A stretch of DNA of 62,443 nt, filler included. It is 5 parts of 5 records of this genome, joined end to end, with 100 filler letters (N's around TTAATTAATTAA, not from the genome) between each part and the next. Parts side by side here need not be neighbours in the genome. Positions count along the whole stretch, not along the records: positions 1 to 31,493 come from SRR16203515_2452; 4 more parts are not named here. One strand, written 5' to 3'. The translations under genes were made by a program, and so were the position numbers. Below the pieces are notes generated by a model that did not search any database, was not told the origin of the DNA, and saw nothing but the letters and a program-made list of their open reading frames with translations. This document shows positions 9,526-18,814 of the stretch, piece by piece (positions within the stretch are counted from its first letter, which is position 1; every line of letters starts with the position of its first letter).

Positions 9526-10425
9526 GTGATGAAATTTGATTACAAATTGCTTGAAGCGCTTACCGCCGTTATTGATTTACAAAGCTTTGAAAAAGCAGCA
9601 GTTAAGCTGTTTATTACTCAGTCAGCGGTATCTCAACGGATTAAGTTATTGGAAGAAAATATCGGTCAGCCGGTGATAATTCGTTCCAGTCCAATTACTG
9701 CTACTGCTGCTGGAGAACGGCTCGTTGTACATTTTAAGATGGTACGAGAATTAGAGAATGAACTCATACCTGAACTCGCGCCTGATTCACCAACAAAACC
9801 GATTAAAGTGTCATTGGCAGTCAATGCCGATAGTATTGCGACGTGGTTTTTAGGGGCGATTACGCCTGTACTAAAACGCCATTTAGTTGAGCTTGATTTA
9901 ATCGTTAAAAATGAATATCAAACCATAGAAGCGCTGCGTTCAGGGCAAGCAACGGGGGCGGTGAGTTGTATTGAAAAAGCTTTGCCGGGCTATCAATCTT
10001 TTAAGCTAGGTGATGTCACTTTCATTCTGGTGTGTTCACCAGAATTTGCTAAGCGCTATTTCCCTAACGGGATCACTAAAGACAGCCTGCGCTATGCACC
10101 TGGGATCAGTTACGATCCAAATGATGATATGCACGTTAAATTCATTGAACAGCATTTTAATATTCAACCGCGTGATTATTATTGTCATAGTGTTCGCTCA
10201 TCTCAAGCTTTCGTCGAACTCGCTAAACAGGGCGCTGCGTATTGTTTAGTGCCAACCCTGCAAATTGAAGATGAGATTGCTAGTGGTGAATTAATTAACT
10301 TATGCAGTGATAAATCGATTACATTAACCTTGTATTGGCACAGTTGGGTGCTGGTACAGGGCATACATAAAAAGATTTCTAAGGAAATTGTGCGGTATGG
10401 GCGGGCAATATTAGGTTCAGACTAG
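9526..10425 (+). CDS. argP: LysR-family regulator ArgP (IciA)
   Basis: FDYKLLEAL..SFEKAA..LFITQSAVSQRIKLLEE, LAVNADSIATWF, LYWHSW; divergent from argO. Confidence 0.92.
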   Translation: MMKFDYKLLEALTAVIDLQSFEKAAVKLFITQSAVSQRIKLLEENIGQPVIIRSSPITATAAGERLVVHFKMVRELENELIPELAPDSPTKPIKVSLAVNADSIATWFLGAITPVLKRHLVELDLIVKNEYQTIEALRSGQATGAVSCIEKALPGYQSFKLGDVTFILVCSPEFAKRYFPNGITKDSLRYAPGISYDPNDDMHVKFIEQHFNIQPRDYYCHSVRSSQAFVELAKQGAAYCLVPTLQIEDEIASGELINLCSDKSITLTLYWHSWVLVQGIHKKISKEIVRYGRAILGSD

Positions 10426-10468
10426 TATTGCCATTATGTGCGGTGTGAACAATGTTAATTTAATAAAA

Positions 10469-10984
10469 TTATTGCAAAAATGCTTTTTTATCGTCGATTT
10501 CGCATCGCTCTACTATCAGGGGGGTATTTTCTCTGTCTGTTAACCAACATTCGTCATAAATAGAACAATAGCAGATTGTAATTTTTATCTTTTTATCAAT
10601 TTCTCCGAAAACTTTTGCTGCTTCCCCTGTGGTTCTAGTGGGAGTAATTGTTTGTTGAGGCGGCAAAATTCTTGTCCCCATATGCGATTGTCTATGCTCT
10701 GGCATATTGGGAATGTCTGTCCAGCGGCGAATATTTTTTTCATCATGAGAAACAAGGGCGTATTTGATGATAGCTGGCCCATTGCCATTATTTACTATGC
10801 CGTAATTAAAATTATTACCACCGAAACTACGAAATAGCTCTATACGGGGCCACATCGACGCTCGTGCATATGCACGATCAATTGTCGCTGAATAAATACT
10901 AACTATCGTAGTAATGACACTAATGAGAAGGGCTGATAGTGCAACTATCATTTCTGGTTTCTTATACCAAGCTCTAGAAGTCAT
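10469..10984 (-). CDS. Hypothetical membrane-anchored protein
   Basis: N-terminal TM, NNGNGPAII and ICYCSIYDECW motifs; function unknown. Confidence 0.75.
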   Translation of the reverse strand: MTSRAWYKKPEMIVALSALLISVITTIVSIYSATIDRAYARASMWPRIELFRSFGGNNFNYGIVNNGNGPAIIKYALVSHDEKNIRRWTDIPNMPEHRQSHMGTRILPPQQTITPTRTTGEAAKVFGEIDKKIKITICYCSIYDECWLTDRENTPLIVERCEIDDKKAFLQ

Positions 10985-11123
10985 GTTGTAATTTATTGCT
11001 AATTTTTAATACAATGAATATAACGATTTTTATCGAAATGTCTTCATTTTATTGGCATAAATATTTTTTATGACTGTAATCACTAGTTTACTTCTTTTGC
11101 ACAAATGAAAATAACTGTCCTGC

Positions 11124-11167
11124 TTTGTTATTGCTGATAATTTGTTATTGCTGATAATTTGATATTG
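11124..11167. repeat. 17-bp tandem repeat (two perfect copies plus a partial copy)
   Basis: TTTGTTATTGCTGATAA at 11124-11140 and 11141-11157, then TTTGATATTG. Confidence 0.85.
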
Positions 11168-12139
11168 TTCGGCGAGGCCAATATGAATTGGTTATCACTG
11201 GTGTTAACGTATTGTGTCCCTTTTTGTGTTAATTGGAATAGTAGTCGACCTAAAAAAGTTGTTGCTGAAATTAAGGATGATCTACCAACATTTACTGAAG
11301 TGTGTGGTGAAGATGTCGAGCAATTGATTGGCCTTGGAGAGAAAGTCAGACAGGTTGCTACTAACGTAAATAAAGCATCTAAGAGTCGACTAGACGTAGC
11401 AAATAATGCCATATCATGTACTGAAAGTGTATTAGAATCCTCTCAAACTATCGCTTCTTTGTCTGCCCAAACCGCTGAAAAAATTAGTTCGCTAAAGCAA
11501 GATTTTTCATCATTTGAGAAAAATACGCAGGAGTTGATTAGTGAGGTGAAGAACTCTGCAACTTGGGCGGCAAATCAAGTAGAAAAAACAGCTGAGCTCA
11601 ACCGTAGTTTTGATGGTATTAAAGTCATGGCACAAACGATTTCGTCAATCGCGGATCAAACTAATTTATTAGCATTAAATGCTGCCATTGAAGCTGCAAG
11701 AGCAGGTGAGAGTGGTCGAGGGTTCTCTGTGGTTGCTGATGAAGTTAGAGAACTCGCAAAGCGTTCTAACGAACAAGCAACTCAAATCAATACGCTGTTA
11801 GAAAAGTTAGGCCGTGTTAGTGAAGATATTAGTCAAGAATCAACTAAATTTTCTATTCGAACTCAAGAGTCAGCTCAGGTTATTGAGCAGGGAAGTTCTG
11901 GTGCTGAAAAAGTAAGTAATAGTGTCGAACAAATATTTAACCATGTCACTGAGTCTGTCAAAGAGATCACCAATAAAACGCGTGAGCAAAGTGAGAGAAT
12001 GGAAAATGTTGCACAAGGAATGGCTGTGCTGACTGAAGGAACTAAAGCCGTTATTAATGGCTCTGCGACTAATATTGAAGTAGGGCAGTTAGTATTTAAT
12101 CATGCAGAGAATATTGCTAACTGGTCACGTGAACAATAG
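11159..12139 (+). CDS. Methyl-accepting chemotaxis protein with a partial NrtS-like N-terminal membrane segment; 5' end uncertain
   Basis: [34 protein letters not shown] signalling tip; N-terminal [15 protein letters not shown]. Confidence 0.85.
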   Translation: MILFGEANMNWLSLVLTYCVPFCVNWNSSRPKKVVAEIKDDLPTFTEVCGEDVEQLIGLGEKVRQVATNVNKASKSRLDVANNAISCTESVLESSQTIASLSAQTAEKISSLKQDFSSFEKNTQELISEVKNSATWAANQVEKTAELNRSFDGIKVMAQTISSIADQTNLLALNAAIEAARAGESGRGFSVVADEVRELAKRSNEQATQINTLLEKLGRVSEDISQESTKFSIRTQESAQVIEQGSSGAEKVSNSVEQIFNHVTESVKEITNKTREQSERMENVAQGMAVLTEGTKAVINGSATNIEVGQLVFNHAENIANWSREQ

Positions 12140-12148
12140 TTAAATTTA

Positions 12149-12994
12149 TTATTTTGATTTCTTTGACGCGCTTATAAAGACTAATATGCCGCCAAGTATG
12201 AGCATTGAAGAGATAACGAAATTTTTTGTAATAGATTCATTGGCGAACGTGATGCCCGCAATCGTTGCGATGATAGGCACCAAGAGTTGAAAAATAGCGG
12301 CTTGAGTAACAGTTATCTCACGCAATGCAGCATACCAAATGGCGTAGCCTAAACCTGATGTTATAGCACCTGATACAACTGCTAGCACGAATCCTGTGTT
12401 GGAAATTACAGCCCCATCGATGAAAAATAACAGCATTATTACAGCCATCGGCACGGCTTTAATAAAATTGCTGGTGGTGTCAAAGAGTGGGGTTGTAGAG
12501 CCTTTGCCACATAATGTGTAACCGCCCCAACTGACGCCTGCAATTAGCATTAATAAGAACCCTGATAGTGACGGTGCAGAGGCTCCCGGCAACAGGAGTA
12601 TTGTTAAACCAAGTAGCGCAATAGTAAATCCTACCCATTCTTTGAACGCTAGTTTATTACCTTTAATGATACTCGCGATAATGAGGGTAACTTGCACACA
12701 TCCAAACAAAATTAGAGCACCAAGGCCTGTATCAAGGGATAAATAGGCCAACGAAAATGCAGCAGCGTAGAGAAATAAACAAAGGGCAGCTGGCCAACTG
12801 CCATGGCTGAATATGGCAGTCTTAGGCATTCTCAATAAAACGATGAGCAACAAAAATACCGCACCAGCGCTGAGTCGTATTGCGGTAAAACTCGCGGCGT
12901 CTATCGCTTCGTCACCTAATGCTAGGCGGGTGAGAATTGAATTACCAGCAAATGCGAGCAGTGCTAAAAAAGTTAGAAAAAAGGCTTTAATCAT
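12149..12994 (-). CDS. DMT/EamA-family transporter
   Basis: About 10 TM helices; AFAGNSILTRLAL, FTAIRL, SGAITSGLGYAIWY. Confidence 0.88.
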   Translation of the reverse strand: MIKAFFLTFLALLAFAGNSILTRLALGDEAIDAASFTAIRLSAGAVFLLLIVLLRMPKTAIFSHGSWPAALCLFLYAAAFSLAYLSLDTGLGALILFGCVQVTLIIASIIKGNKLAFKEWVGFTIALLGLTILLLPGASAPSLSGFLLMLIAGVSWGGYTLCGKGSTTPLFDTTSNFIKAVPMAVIMLLFFIDGAVISNTGFVLAVVSGAITSGLGYAIWYAALREITVTQAAIFQLLVPIIATIAGITFANESITKNFVISSMLILGGILVFISASKKSK

Positions 12995-13215
12995 TGTGGG
13001 AGTTTAATTCTCTAAAAGGTAGCGAACGAGCAATCATAGCATCGCGTTGGAGGCCAAAATGTTTGGCATTACTGTAACCATGTTACAGAGAAGAAGCGAA
13101 CTAATATTACCTTTTAACTATTTAAGGCTATGCTATATATAATAGAAAAGCGCTAAAACACGGCGTGAATTGTTTCTTTAGTGCTATATCGAATTAGACC
13201 ATTAGAAGAGGCCTC

Positions 13216-13629
13216 ATGACGACATATAAATCCAATCAACGACATGCTCACGTTAAACAGTTATTAGGGAAAATGGATCCTGCAGTCGCTAACAGTTTCA
13301 GTTATAAACAACGTAAAGCCTTGCAAAAAGCTATTAGTACGCGTGATTGGGATAATCACAAGATTGATTTTAGACCAACCTTAGCGCTGCCATTTTTACC
13401 GTGGAGTTTTTATATTGTATTCCTTGGCGGGGTTAACAAACGCAGCTTATCGTCGACGGAGCGATTTACTGCTGCATTACTGTTTTTAATGGCATTGTTT
13501 GTAATAGGACTAATTATTTTTGGCGTAGTTTTTGTGGTTTTATATTTATTAAAGTCGTGGCTTGGCATTGATATCTTTCCCAATGAATCATTGGGAATAT
13601 GGGATGAATTTAAAGGATTGTTTTCTTAA
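13216..13629 (+). CDS. Conserved hypothetical membrane protein
   Basis: HKIDFR..LPF..FYIVFLGG, YLLKSWLGIDIFP; GAGG RBS; hydrophobic C-terminal half. Confidence 0.75.
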   Translation: MTTYKSNQRHAHVKQLLGKMDPAVANSFSYKQRKALQKAISTRDWDNHKIDFRPTLALPFLPWSFYIVFLGGVNKRSLSSTERFTAALLFLMALFVIGLIIFGVVFVVLYLLKSWLGIDIFPNESLGIWDEFKGLFS

Positions 13630-13633
13630 TTGT

Positions 13634-14185
13634 TCACTCGTTTAAGCTTTCAAATAAGGTGCGATATGAATGGTGTTCGAGTTCGTTATGATCAAGAGAA
13701 AACCTAGCAGCTAGTAATATCAGCTGTTGGCGATGATATTCCAATGAAGATTCATCATCGGTCATTATCGCAAATTCAGCAAAGTAGCCTAGGCCTTCTA
13801 GATAGTCAAAAGTGATGTGATATTCCCCCACAAAATAAATACTGCGGGTTTTGCTCATGGTAAGAGTCAATTGATAGCCAAGCGTCGACAACATGTTTTT
13901 CGCTGCGCCTAAATCGAGAATATCGCTCGCTTCACAATCATCACCGCCTGGACCTTTGACAATCCAAAGCTGAATGTTGGCCGGTTGAATATCCCTCAGT
14001 AGTAGGTGCTTACTTTCTTTTCTTAACGAGTGATTTTCAGTGTCATAATACCAATCAGTTTCGCTATTATCTTCAAAACGAATCTGATGGGGAACATCGT
14101 CTAAGGCGCGTTTGAATGCTTGAGGTGAGGCAATTCGATATTTTAGTTCTACTTCAAATTGCCCTTTAAAGTGCTCCACTGACAT
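13634..14185 (-). CDS. CYTH-domain protein (class IV adenylate cyclase-like)
   Basis: EVELK ExExK motif, ETDWYYD, KTRSIY, LGYFAEF. Confidence 0.85.
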   Translation of the reverse strand: MSVEHFKGQFEVELKYRIASPQAFKRALDDVPHQIRFEDNSETDWYYDTENHSLRKESKHLLLRDIQPANIQLWIVKGPGGDDCEASDILDLGAAKNMLSTLGYQLTLTMSKTRSIYFVGEYHITFDYLEGLGYFAEFAIMTDDESSLEYHRQQLILLAARFSLDHNELEHHSYRTLFESLNE

Positions 14186-14191
14186 AATTTT

Positions 14192-14860
14192 CTAATCTCT
14201 GACAACGACTGTTTGACCGATAAAGTCATGAAGAGCACGCCGTTTCTTATTAAACAACATGCTTATAAATTCAGATAGCGCCCACGCAATGCTAGCGAAA
14301 CTTAAGGAAAAAATACCTACACCAAGTAAGATTTTGTAATCGTTGTTATTTGTGGTTGTTAACGCTGTGATAGATATTAATAACGCTAAAGTCAAAAATA
14401 CATCGACACTGCTTCGTTTTATTGATTGTGTTATTGAAATATCGCGTTCGGTGTCATGGTCAACAACTTTTACATTGCAGATCATCTTTCCGATAGTCTG
14501 GCCACATAATCCATGCATGACTATCACGTAAATAACAAATTGAACTGAATTGAACATTTGAAAGGTGGTGTCAGACGAATTAAATTCAAAATTAAAAAGA
14601 CGACACTCTATTAATAAAATGGGAATAAAGACAAGCCCATCAATAATGTTGGCAAAAAATCGACGCCAAAATGTCGAATATTTTACTCGAAGCATAGCGT
14701 TTTCGTGTATTTCTCGTTCTTGAATTAAGTGATTTGAATCTTTCAATAATTCGTCAATTTGTTGGACGCGTTCAGGAAATCTATCTTCATCAATATTGGC
14801 ACGAACATCGATTAATTCATCATACGAATACTGAGAGAAATCAGGTTCATTTGTCATCAT
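14192..14860 (-). CDS. RDD family membrane protein
   Basis: FWRRFFANIID, GQTIGK, RRALHDFIGQTVVV. Confidence 0.88.
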   Translation of the reverse strand: MMTNEPDFSQYSYDELIDVRANIDEDRFPERVQQIDELLKDSNHLIQEREIHENAMLRVKYSTFWRRFFANIIDGLVFIPILLIECRLFNFEFNSSDTTFQMFNSVQFVIYVIVMHGLCGQTIGKMICNVKVVDHDTERDISITQSIKRSSVDVFLTLALLISITALTTTNNNDYKILLGVGIFSLSFASIAWALSEFISMLFNKKRRALHDFIGQTVVVRD

Positions 14861-14877
14861 TTGATTCCTTTCGACTA

Positions 14878-15096
14878 CTATTCAACAACAACCTGTTCAA
14901 GTAATTTAACTTCACATTGACCAAAATCATCAACAGATACCGTCAGGTTAGATGTGCCTAGTGCACTGCAAGCACCCATTAATGAGCGCGCGATACCATC
15001 AAGAATTTGTTCTGGCTCTAACTCCATTTCACCACATAAATGGGCAATACCGTCCATTAGTTCTTGAGATTGTTCGTCAGTAATTTGTTTGCTCAT
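14878..15096 (-). CDS. Small acidic hypothetical protein
   Basis: ORF track 14878-15138; the internal MSKQITD start looks more likely. Confidence 0.6.
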   Translation of the reverse strand: MSKQITDEQSQELMDGIAHLCGEMELEPEQILDGIARSLMGACSALGTSNLTVSVDDFGQCEVKLLEQVVVE

Positions 15097-15147
15097 TAGA
15101 ATTCCATAAAGATTATTTTTAGAGATGAATTCGGGCATTATAGACGT

Positions 15148-15176
15148 GTATTAGGCCATGCTTAAAGGCCTAATAC
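15148..15176 (-). terminator. Hairpin downstream of the MCP gene
   Basis: GTATTAGGCC-N9-GGCCTAATAC, perfect 10-bp stem; weak U-tract. Confidence 0.45.
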
Positions 15177-15192
15177 GAATTAAGAGAAGGTT

Positions 15193-16791
15193 TTATAGTT
15201 TAAATTTAGCCACTTGATCAGATAGACCTTTAGCAAGCTCGAGCAATGACAAACTAATCTCTTCGCCTTTAATGGCATCTTCTGCTGATTTTTCTGCCAC
15301 GTCGCTAATGTTGATAACGTTTTCGTTGATCTCATCCGCTGCCAAATTTTGTTGATGCGCGGCGCTACTTATTTGTGCATTTAACTCATCTAGTTCGCGA
15401 ATTTGAGCAGCGATGTCGGTTAATAAGTTAGAGACATTGGCAACATTATCGGCCTTTTCATTGGCGTCGTAGCTAACATTAACCATCGACTCAACGGCTT
15501 CACCCGCAGTTCGCTGTAGGCTGTCGATTGTGCCTTGAATTTCAACGATAGATTCACCAGTACGAGTCGCGAGACTGCGAACTTCATCAGCAACAACGGC
15601 AAAACCACGACCTTGTTCTCCAGCGCGTGCTGCTTCAATGGCGGCATTCAGTGCAAGTAGGTTTGTTTGCTCTGCAATCTGCGTAATCACTTCGAGTACA
15701 GTGCCGACTTCGCTCGTCTTAAGGCCCAGTTCTTCGATTTTCTTACTATTGACCTGAACTTCATCACGTAGTGTGTTAATTCCTTGATGAGCGTCCTGTG
15801 CAATATTTTGCCCCTTACTTGCGCCTTCATTGGCTTCAATTGATTTTTCAGCGGCAAATTTTGTGTGATTTTCAACTTCTTTGGCGGATGCATCTAACTC
15901 GTTAATGGCCGCTGCAACAGATTCGGTCGCTGTTTTCTGGGTGAGTACAGCCTCTTTAGTAAGCATAGAAATATCATTAACGTCTTTAGCTGCGTTGGTT
16001 AGCTCTTGTGTCGCTTGTGACACATTAAGTAGGCTCTCTCTAAACTTGCTCATTAATGAGTTGATAGCGCGGCTTAAATCACTTAACTCGTCGTTGTGAT
16101 GAATTTTAAGCTCAGTACTTAAATCCAGATCACGTTCGATATTGTTCAAGTGGCCTTTTAGGCGATTGATGCGCATAAAGATAAGTTTATAAAGAATAAA
16201 GGCAAGTATGCCAAAGCTTACTAATGTTACGAATAGCTGAAGCAATCCAGCTTTTATAATCGATGATTGAATATTACTATCACTTTGCGATAAATCGTAA
16301 CTGACTTTAACGGCACCTAAGATGTCACCTTCTTTGGCTTGGTGGCAGCCAAGACAGTCTGTACCGCGATAGTCTTTGCTTGCTCGCATTGGCATGATGA
16401 ATTGCATAATTCGTTTGCCATTACGCGTAATAATTTGGGTGTCTTGTTTACCTGCAAGGCCAGAGCGCTCAAAGTCATCTGTGGCGACTTGATCACTAAA
16501 CCCGTTGCCATAAAGCTTATTGACGATACCACTGCGAATAATTTTCGCTTCGACGATATCTTGATGAGAAACAATTTTCTCTTGGAATATCTGCCGATTG
16601 GCCATGGTACCAGTGAGCATCATGGTATTTACGGAATCAAAATAGTTTTGAGCAATGCTTTCAAGGTTAATGGCAACATAATCTTGTGCCATATTTTTCT
16701 CGTCATTGTAAAAATAAAGTACCGTAGTCATTAGTAACGATAAACCGATTACTGCAAGCGCTAATTGTATTTTTCGAGCCAAAGTTAACAT
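15193..16791 (-). CDS. Methyl-accepting chemotaxis protein with a periplasmic c-type heme motif
   Basis: Two TM, HAMP, signalling tip [35 protein letters not shown] (CxxCH) between the TMs. Confidence 0.92.
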   Translation of the reverse strand: MLTLARKIQLALAVIGLSLLMTTVLYFYNDEKNMAQDYVAINLESIAQNYFDSVNTMMLTGTMANRQIFQEKIVSHQDIVEAKIIRSGIVNKLYGNGFSDQVATDDFERSGLAGKQDTQIITRNGKRIMQFIMPMRASKDYRGTDCLGCHQAKEGDILGAVKVSYDLSQSDSNIQSSIIKAGLLQLFVTLVSFGILAFILYKLIFMRINRLKGHLNNIERDLDLSTELKIHHNDELSDLSRAINSLMSKFRESLLNVSQATQELTNAAKDVNDISMLTKEAVLTQKTATESVAAAINELDASAKEVENHTKFAAEKSIEANEGASKGQNIAQDAHQGINTLRDEVQVNSKKIEELGLKTSEVGTVLEVITQIAEQTNLLALNAAIEAARAGEQGRGFAVVADEVRSLATRTGESIVEIQGTIDSLQRTAGEAVESMVNVSYDANEKADNVANVSNLLTDIAAQIRELDELNAQISSAAHQQNLAADEINENVINISDVAEKSAEDAIKGEEISLSLLELAKGLSDQVAKFKL

Positions 16792-16985
16792 AGTGATCCC
16801 AAAAAGTTTTAAGGTGAATAAAATTCAAAGATTCAAGACGATATAATAAAATCATGCTTGAAATCCTATTTGAGATCAAACTTTTGGGTGTTTTTCAAAA
16901 CTTAATTAAAGCTCTTAATTAAGAAAACGAGCGATATTATGTTTATTGATGTATGTTAGGCGCTTAAAAAATCTAAGGATAAGTC

Positions 16986-18023
16986 ATGAAAAGGGTAGTT
17001 ATTGGTTTAGTTACAGGTGTTGCTTTGACTGGACTATTTTCCTGTACCAATGAGCAGAAAACGCCATTAGAAAAACTGGACGTTGTTGCTGGACAAGTCG
17101 CATTTGTGGCTATTGGTGATATGCCATATAAAGCCGACGAAAATGCGATGTTAACTGCGCCTAATGGTTCTATTGTAAAAGCGGTTAAAGCCTTTAATCC
17201 AGAAGTTGTAGTTCATTTTGGTGATATTAAATCTGGCGGTACAGCCTGTACGGATGAGTTGCTTATTGAACGTCGCGAGCAATTATTTTATCTATGGCCT
17301 GAACGTGCGGTGTTTACACCGGGCGACAATGACTGGACTGATTGTGATAGAAAAAGCATGTCGCCGCGCTTTTTTGAACTAGAGCGCCTAACGTTTCTGC
17401 GTGACACCTTCTTTAGTCATGATGGCGACAAACTGACGGCTAAACTGCCTAATTTGACTCGTCAAAAAGAATATATTGAAAATGCACAATGGCAAATCGG
17501 CGGCTTACATTTTGCGACCATCAACGTACCCGGTACCAATTTTGGCCGCGATGATATTAAAGTCGGTGATAAACATAGCATTTGGGAAGAAGCCAAGCGA
17601 CGCGAAGCTCATGATATGGCGTGGCTTGATAATATGTTTGCAAAAGACAATGCCAGTACTGGTTATGTTATCGCGTTTCAAGCCGATATTTATCAGCCTG
17701 CAACTAAAAAATATCCAGTAGCATGTACTGATAATAACCCTGAGAAGTGCGATGGTTATTACAGGATTCGTCAACATCTTGCCGATAAAGCCGCGCAAAC
17801 AGATAAACCTGTTTTGGTTATTCATGGCGATACCAATGCTTATTGTTTCCACCAAATGGATAAAGCGGTTCCTAATTTCTGGCGTTTAAATGGATTAGGG
17901 GACTTCCTCATTAGTGACGCGGCACAGATTGTATTTGATGCAGAGAATATACAGCAACCATTTAATGTCCGTTCGTTATTAGGGCAACAATCTTTGCCTA
18001 GCGTGTGTGATTATGACCATTAA
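16986..18023 (+). CDS. Calcineurin-like metallophosphoesterase lipoprotein
   Basis: Lipobox-like LFSC; IGDMPY, HFGDIKSG, TPGDNDWTDC, IHGDT motifs. Confidence 0.82.
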   Translation: MKRVVIGLVTGVALTGLFSCTNEQKTPLEKLDVVAGQVAFVAIGDMPYKADENAMLTAPNGSIVKAVKAFNPEVVVHFGDIKSGGTACTDELLIERREQLFYLWPERAVFTPGDNDWTDCDRKSMSPRFFELERLTFLRDTFFSHDGDKLTAKLPNLTRQKEYIENAQWQIGGLHFATINVPGTNFGRDDIKVGDKHSIWEEAKRREAHDMAWLDNMFAKDNASTGYVIAFQADIYQPATKKYPVACTDNNPEKCDGYYRIRQHLADKAAQTDKPVLVIHGDTNAYCFHQMDKAVPNFWRLNGLGDFLISDAAQIVFDAENIQQPFNVRSLLGQQSLPSVCDYDH

Positions 18024-18495
18024 TGCACAGGCGATTTGGCAAAGCCTTTTTCTTGAATTAACTCGCCTTATTGGCGTTGCCAAAGATGGCGCTGATCGAG
18101 CGCATGAAGCGGCGACAGACAAAGAAGCGGTTGCTGAAAATAAATATGATACACGTGGCTTAGAAGCGTCTTACTTAGCTCATGGTCAGCAAGAGAGAAT
18201 GGCACAGTGCATCGAAGATAATGCCTTGTTTAACGAATTGTATCAAAATCGGCAACTGATTGATGAAATTACCTTGGGCAGTATTGTCAGTTTAGAATCA
18301 AGCGAAGGATTGCGATATGTGCTAATTGGGCCAAGTGCTGGTGGTGTTAAAGTGCAATGGAACGAGATTGAAGTGTTAGTGATTACGCCACATTCACCAT
18401 TAGGTGCCCAATTATTGGGAAAAATGGTGGATGATGAAGTGGTGTTAACCATTGGCGACAACATTCATCATTATGATGTCGTCGCCATTGATTAG
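18013..18495 (+). CDS. GreA/GreB-like factor
   Basis: AENKYDTRGLEASYLA; C-terminal VITPHSPLGAQLLGK; overlaps the upstream gene. Confidence 0.8.
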   Translation: MTINAQAIWQSLFLELTRLIGVAKDGADRAHEAATDKEAVAENKYDTRGLEASYLAHGQQERMAQCIEDNALFNELYQNRQLIDEITLGSIVSLESSEGLRYVLIGPSAGGVKVQWNEIEVLVITPHSPLGAQLLGKMVDDEVVLTIGDNIHHYDVVAID

Positions 18496-18509
18496 TACAT
18501 TATTTGGGG

Positions 18510-18728
18510 CTAGTTAAATACAAAGTATTCAACAGAGAAATCAAGAACATCATCGCCAAGAATTTCAATTAAAGGCGAGCGCTTAATACGCTCAGCAAAC
18601 ACGCCATATGCTTCAACACTGACAATTAAATCACCATTTTCTTCGATGATGAAAACGCTGTCGTCTCTCAGTGCTGTGATAATTTTCTTACGAATGTTGT
18701 TCGATACTTCGATGTCTTGAATGCTCAT
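18510..18728 (-). CDS. Small hypothetical protein
   Basis: 72-aa ATG ORF filling the gap; no motif recognised. Confidence 0.6.
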   Translation of the reverse strand: MSIQDIEVSNNIRKKIITALRDDSVFIIEENGDLIVSVEAYGVFAERIKRSPLIEILGDDVLDFSVEYFVFN

Positions 18729-18773
18729 AATAGGGTCTTAAAAAGTTGAATTGGGCGGATTATATACCTATAG

Positions 18774-18803
18774 ATGGCGTATAACCATGATGTTATACGC
18801 CAT
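18774..18803 (-). terminator. Hairpin after the molybdoenzyme operon
   Basis: ATGGCGTATAAC-N6-GTTATACGCCAT, 12-bp stem just past the stop at 18815. Confidence 0.55.
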
Positions 18804-18814
18804 TCGTGTCTCAA

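Noticed and set aside
13216-13629. Assigning an enzyme name to this ORF
   Set aside because: 137 aa and largely hydrophobic with no catalytic motif; left as hypothetical
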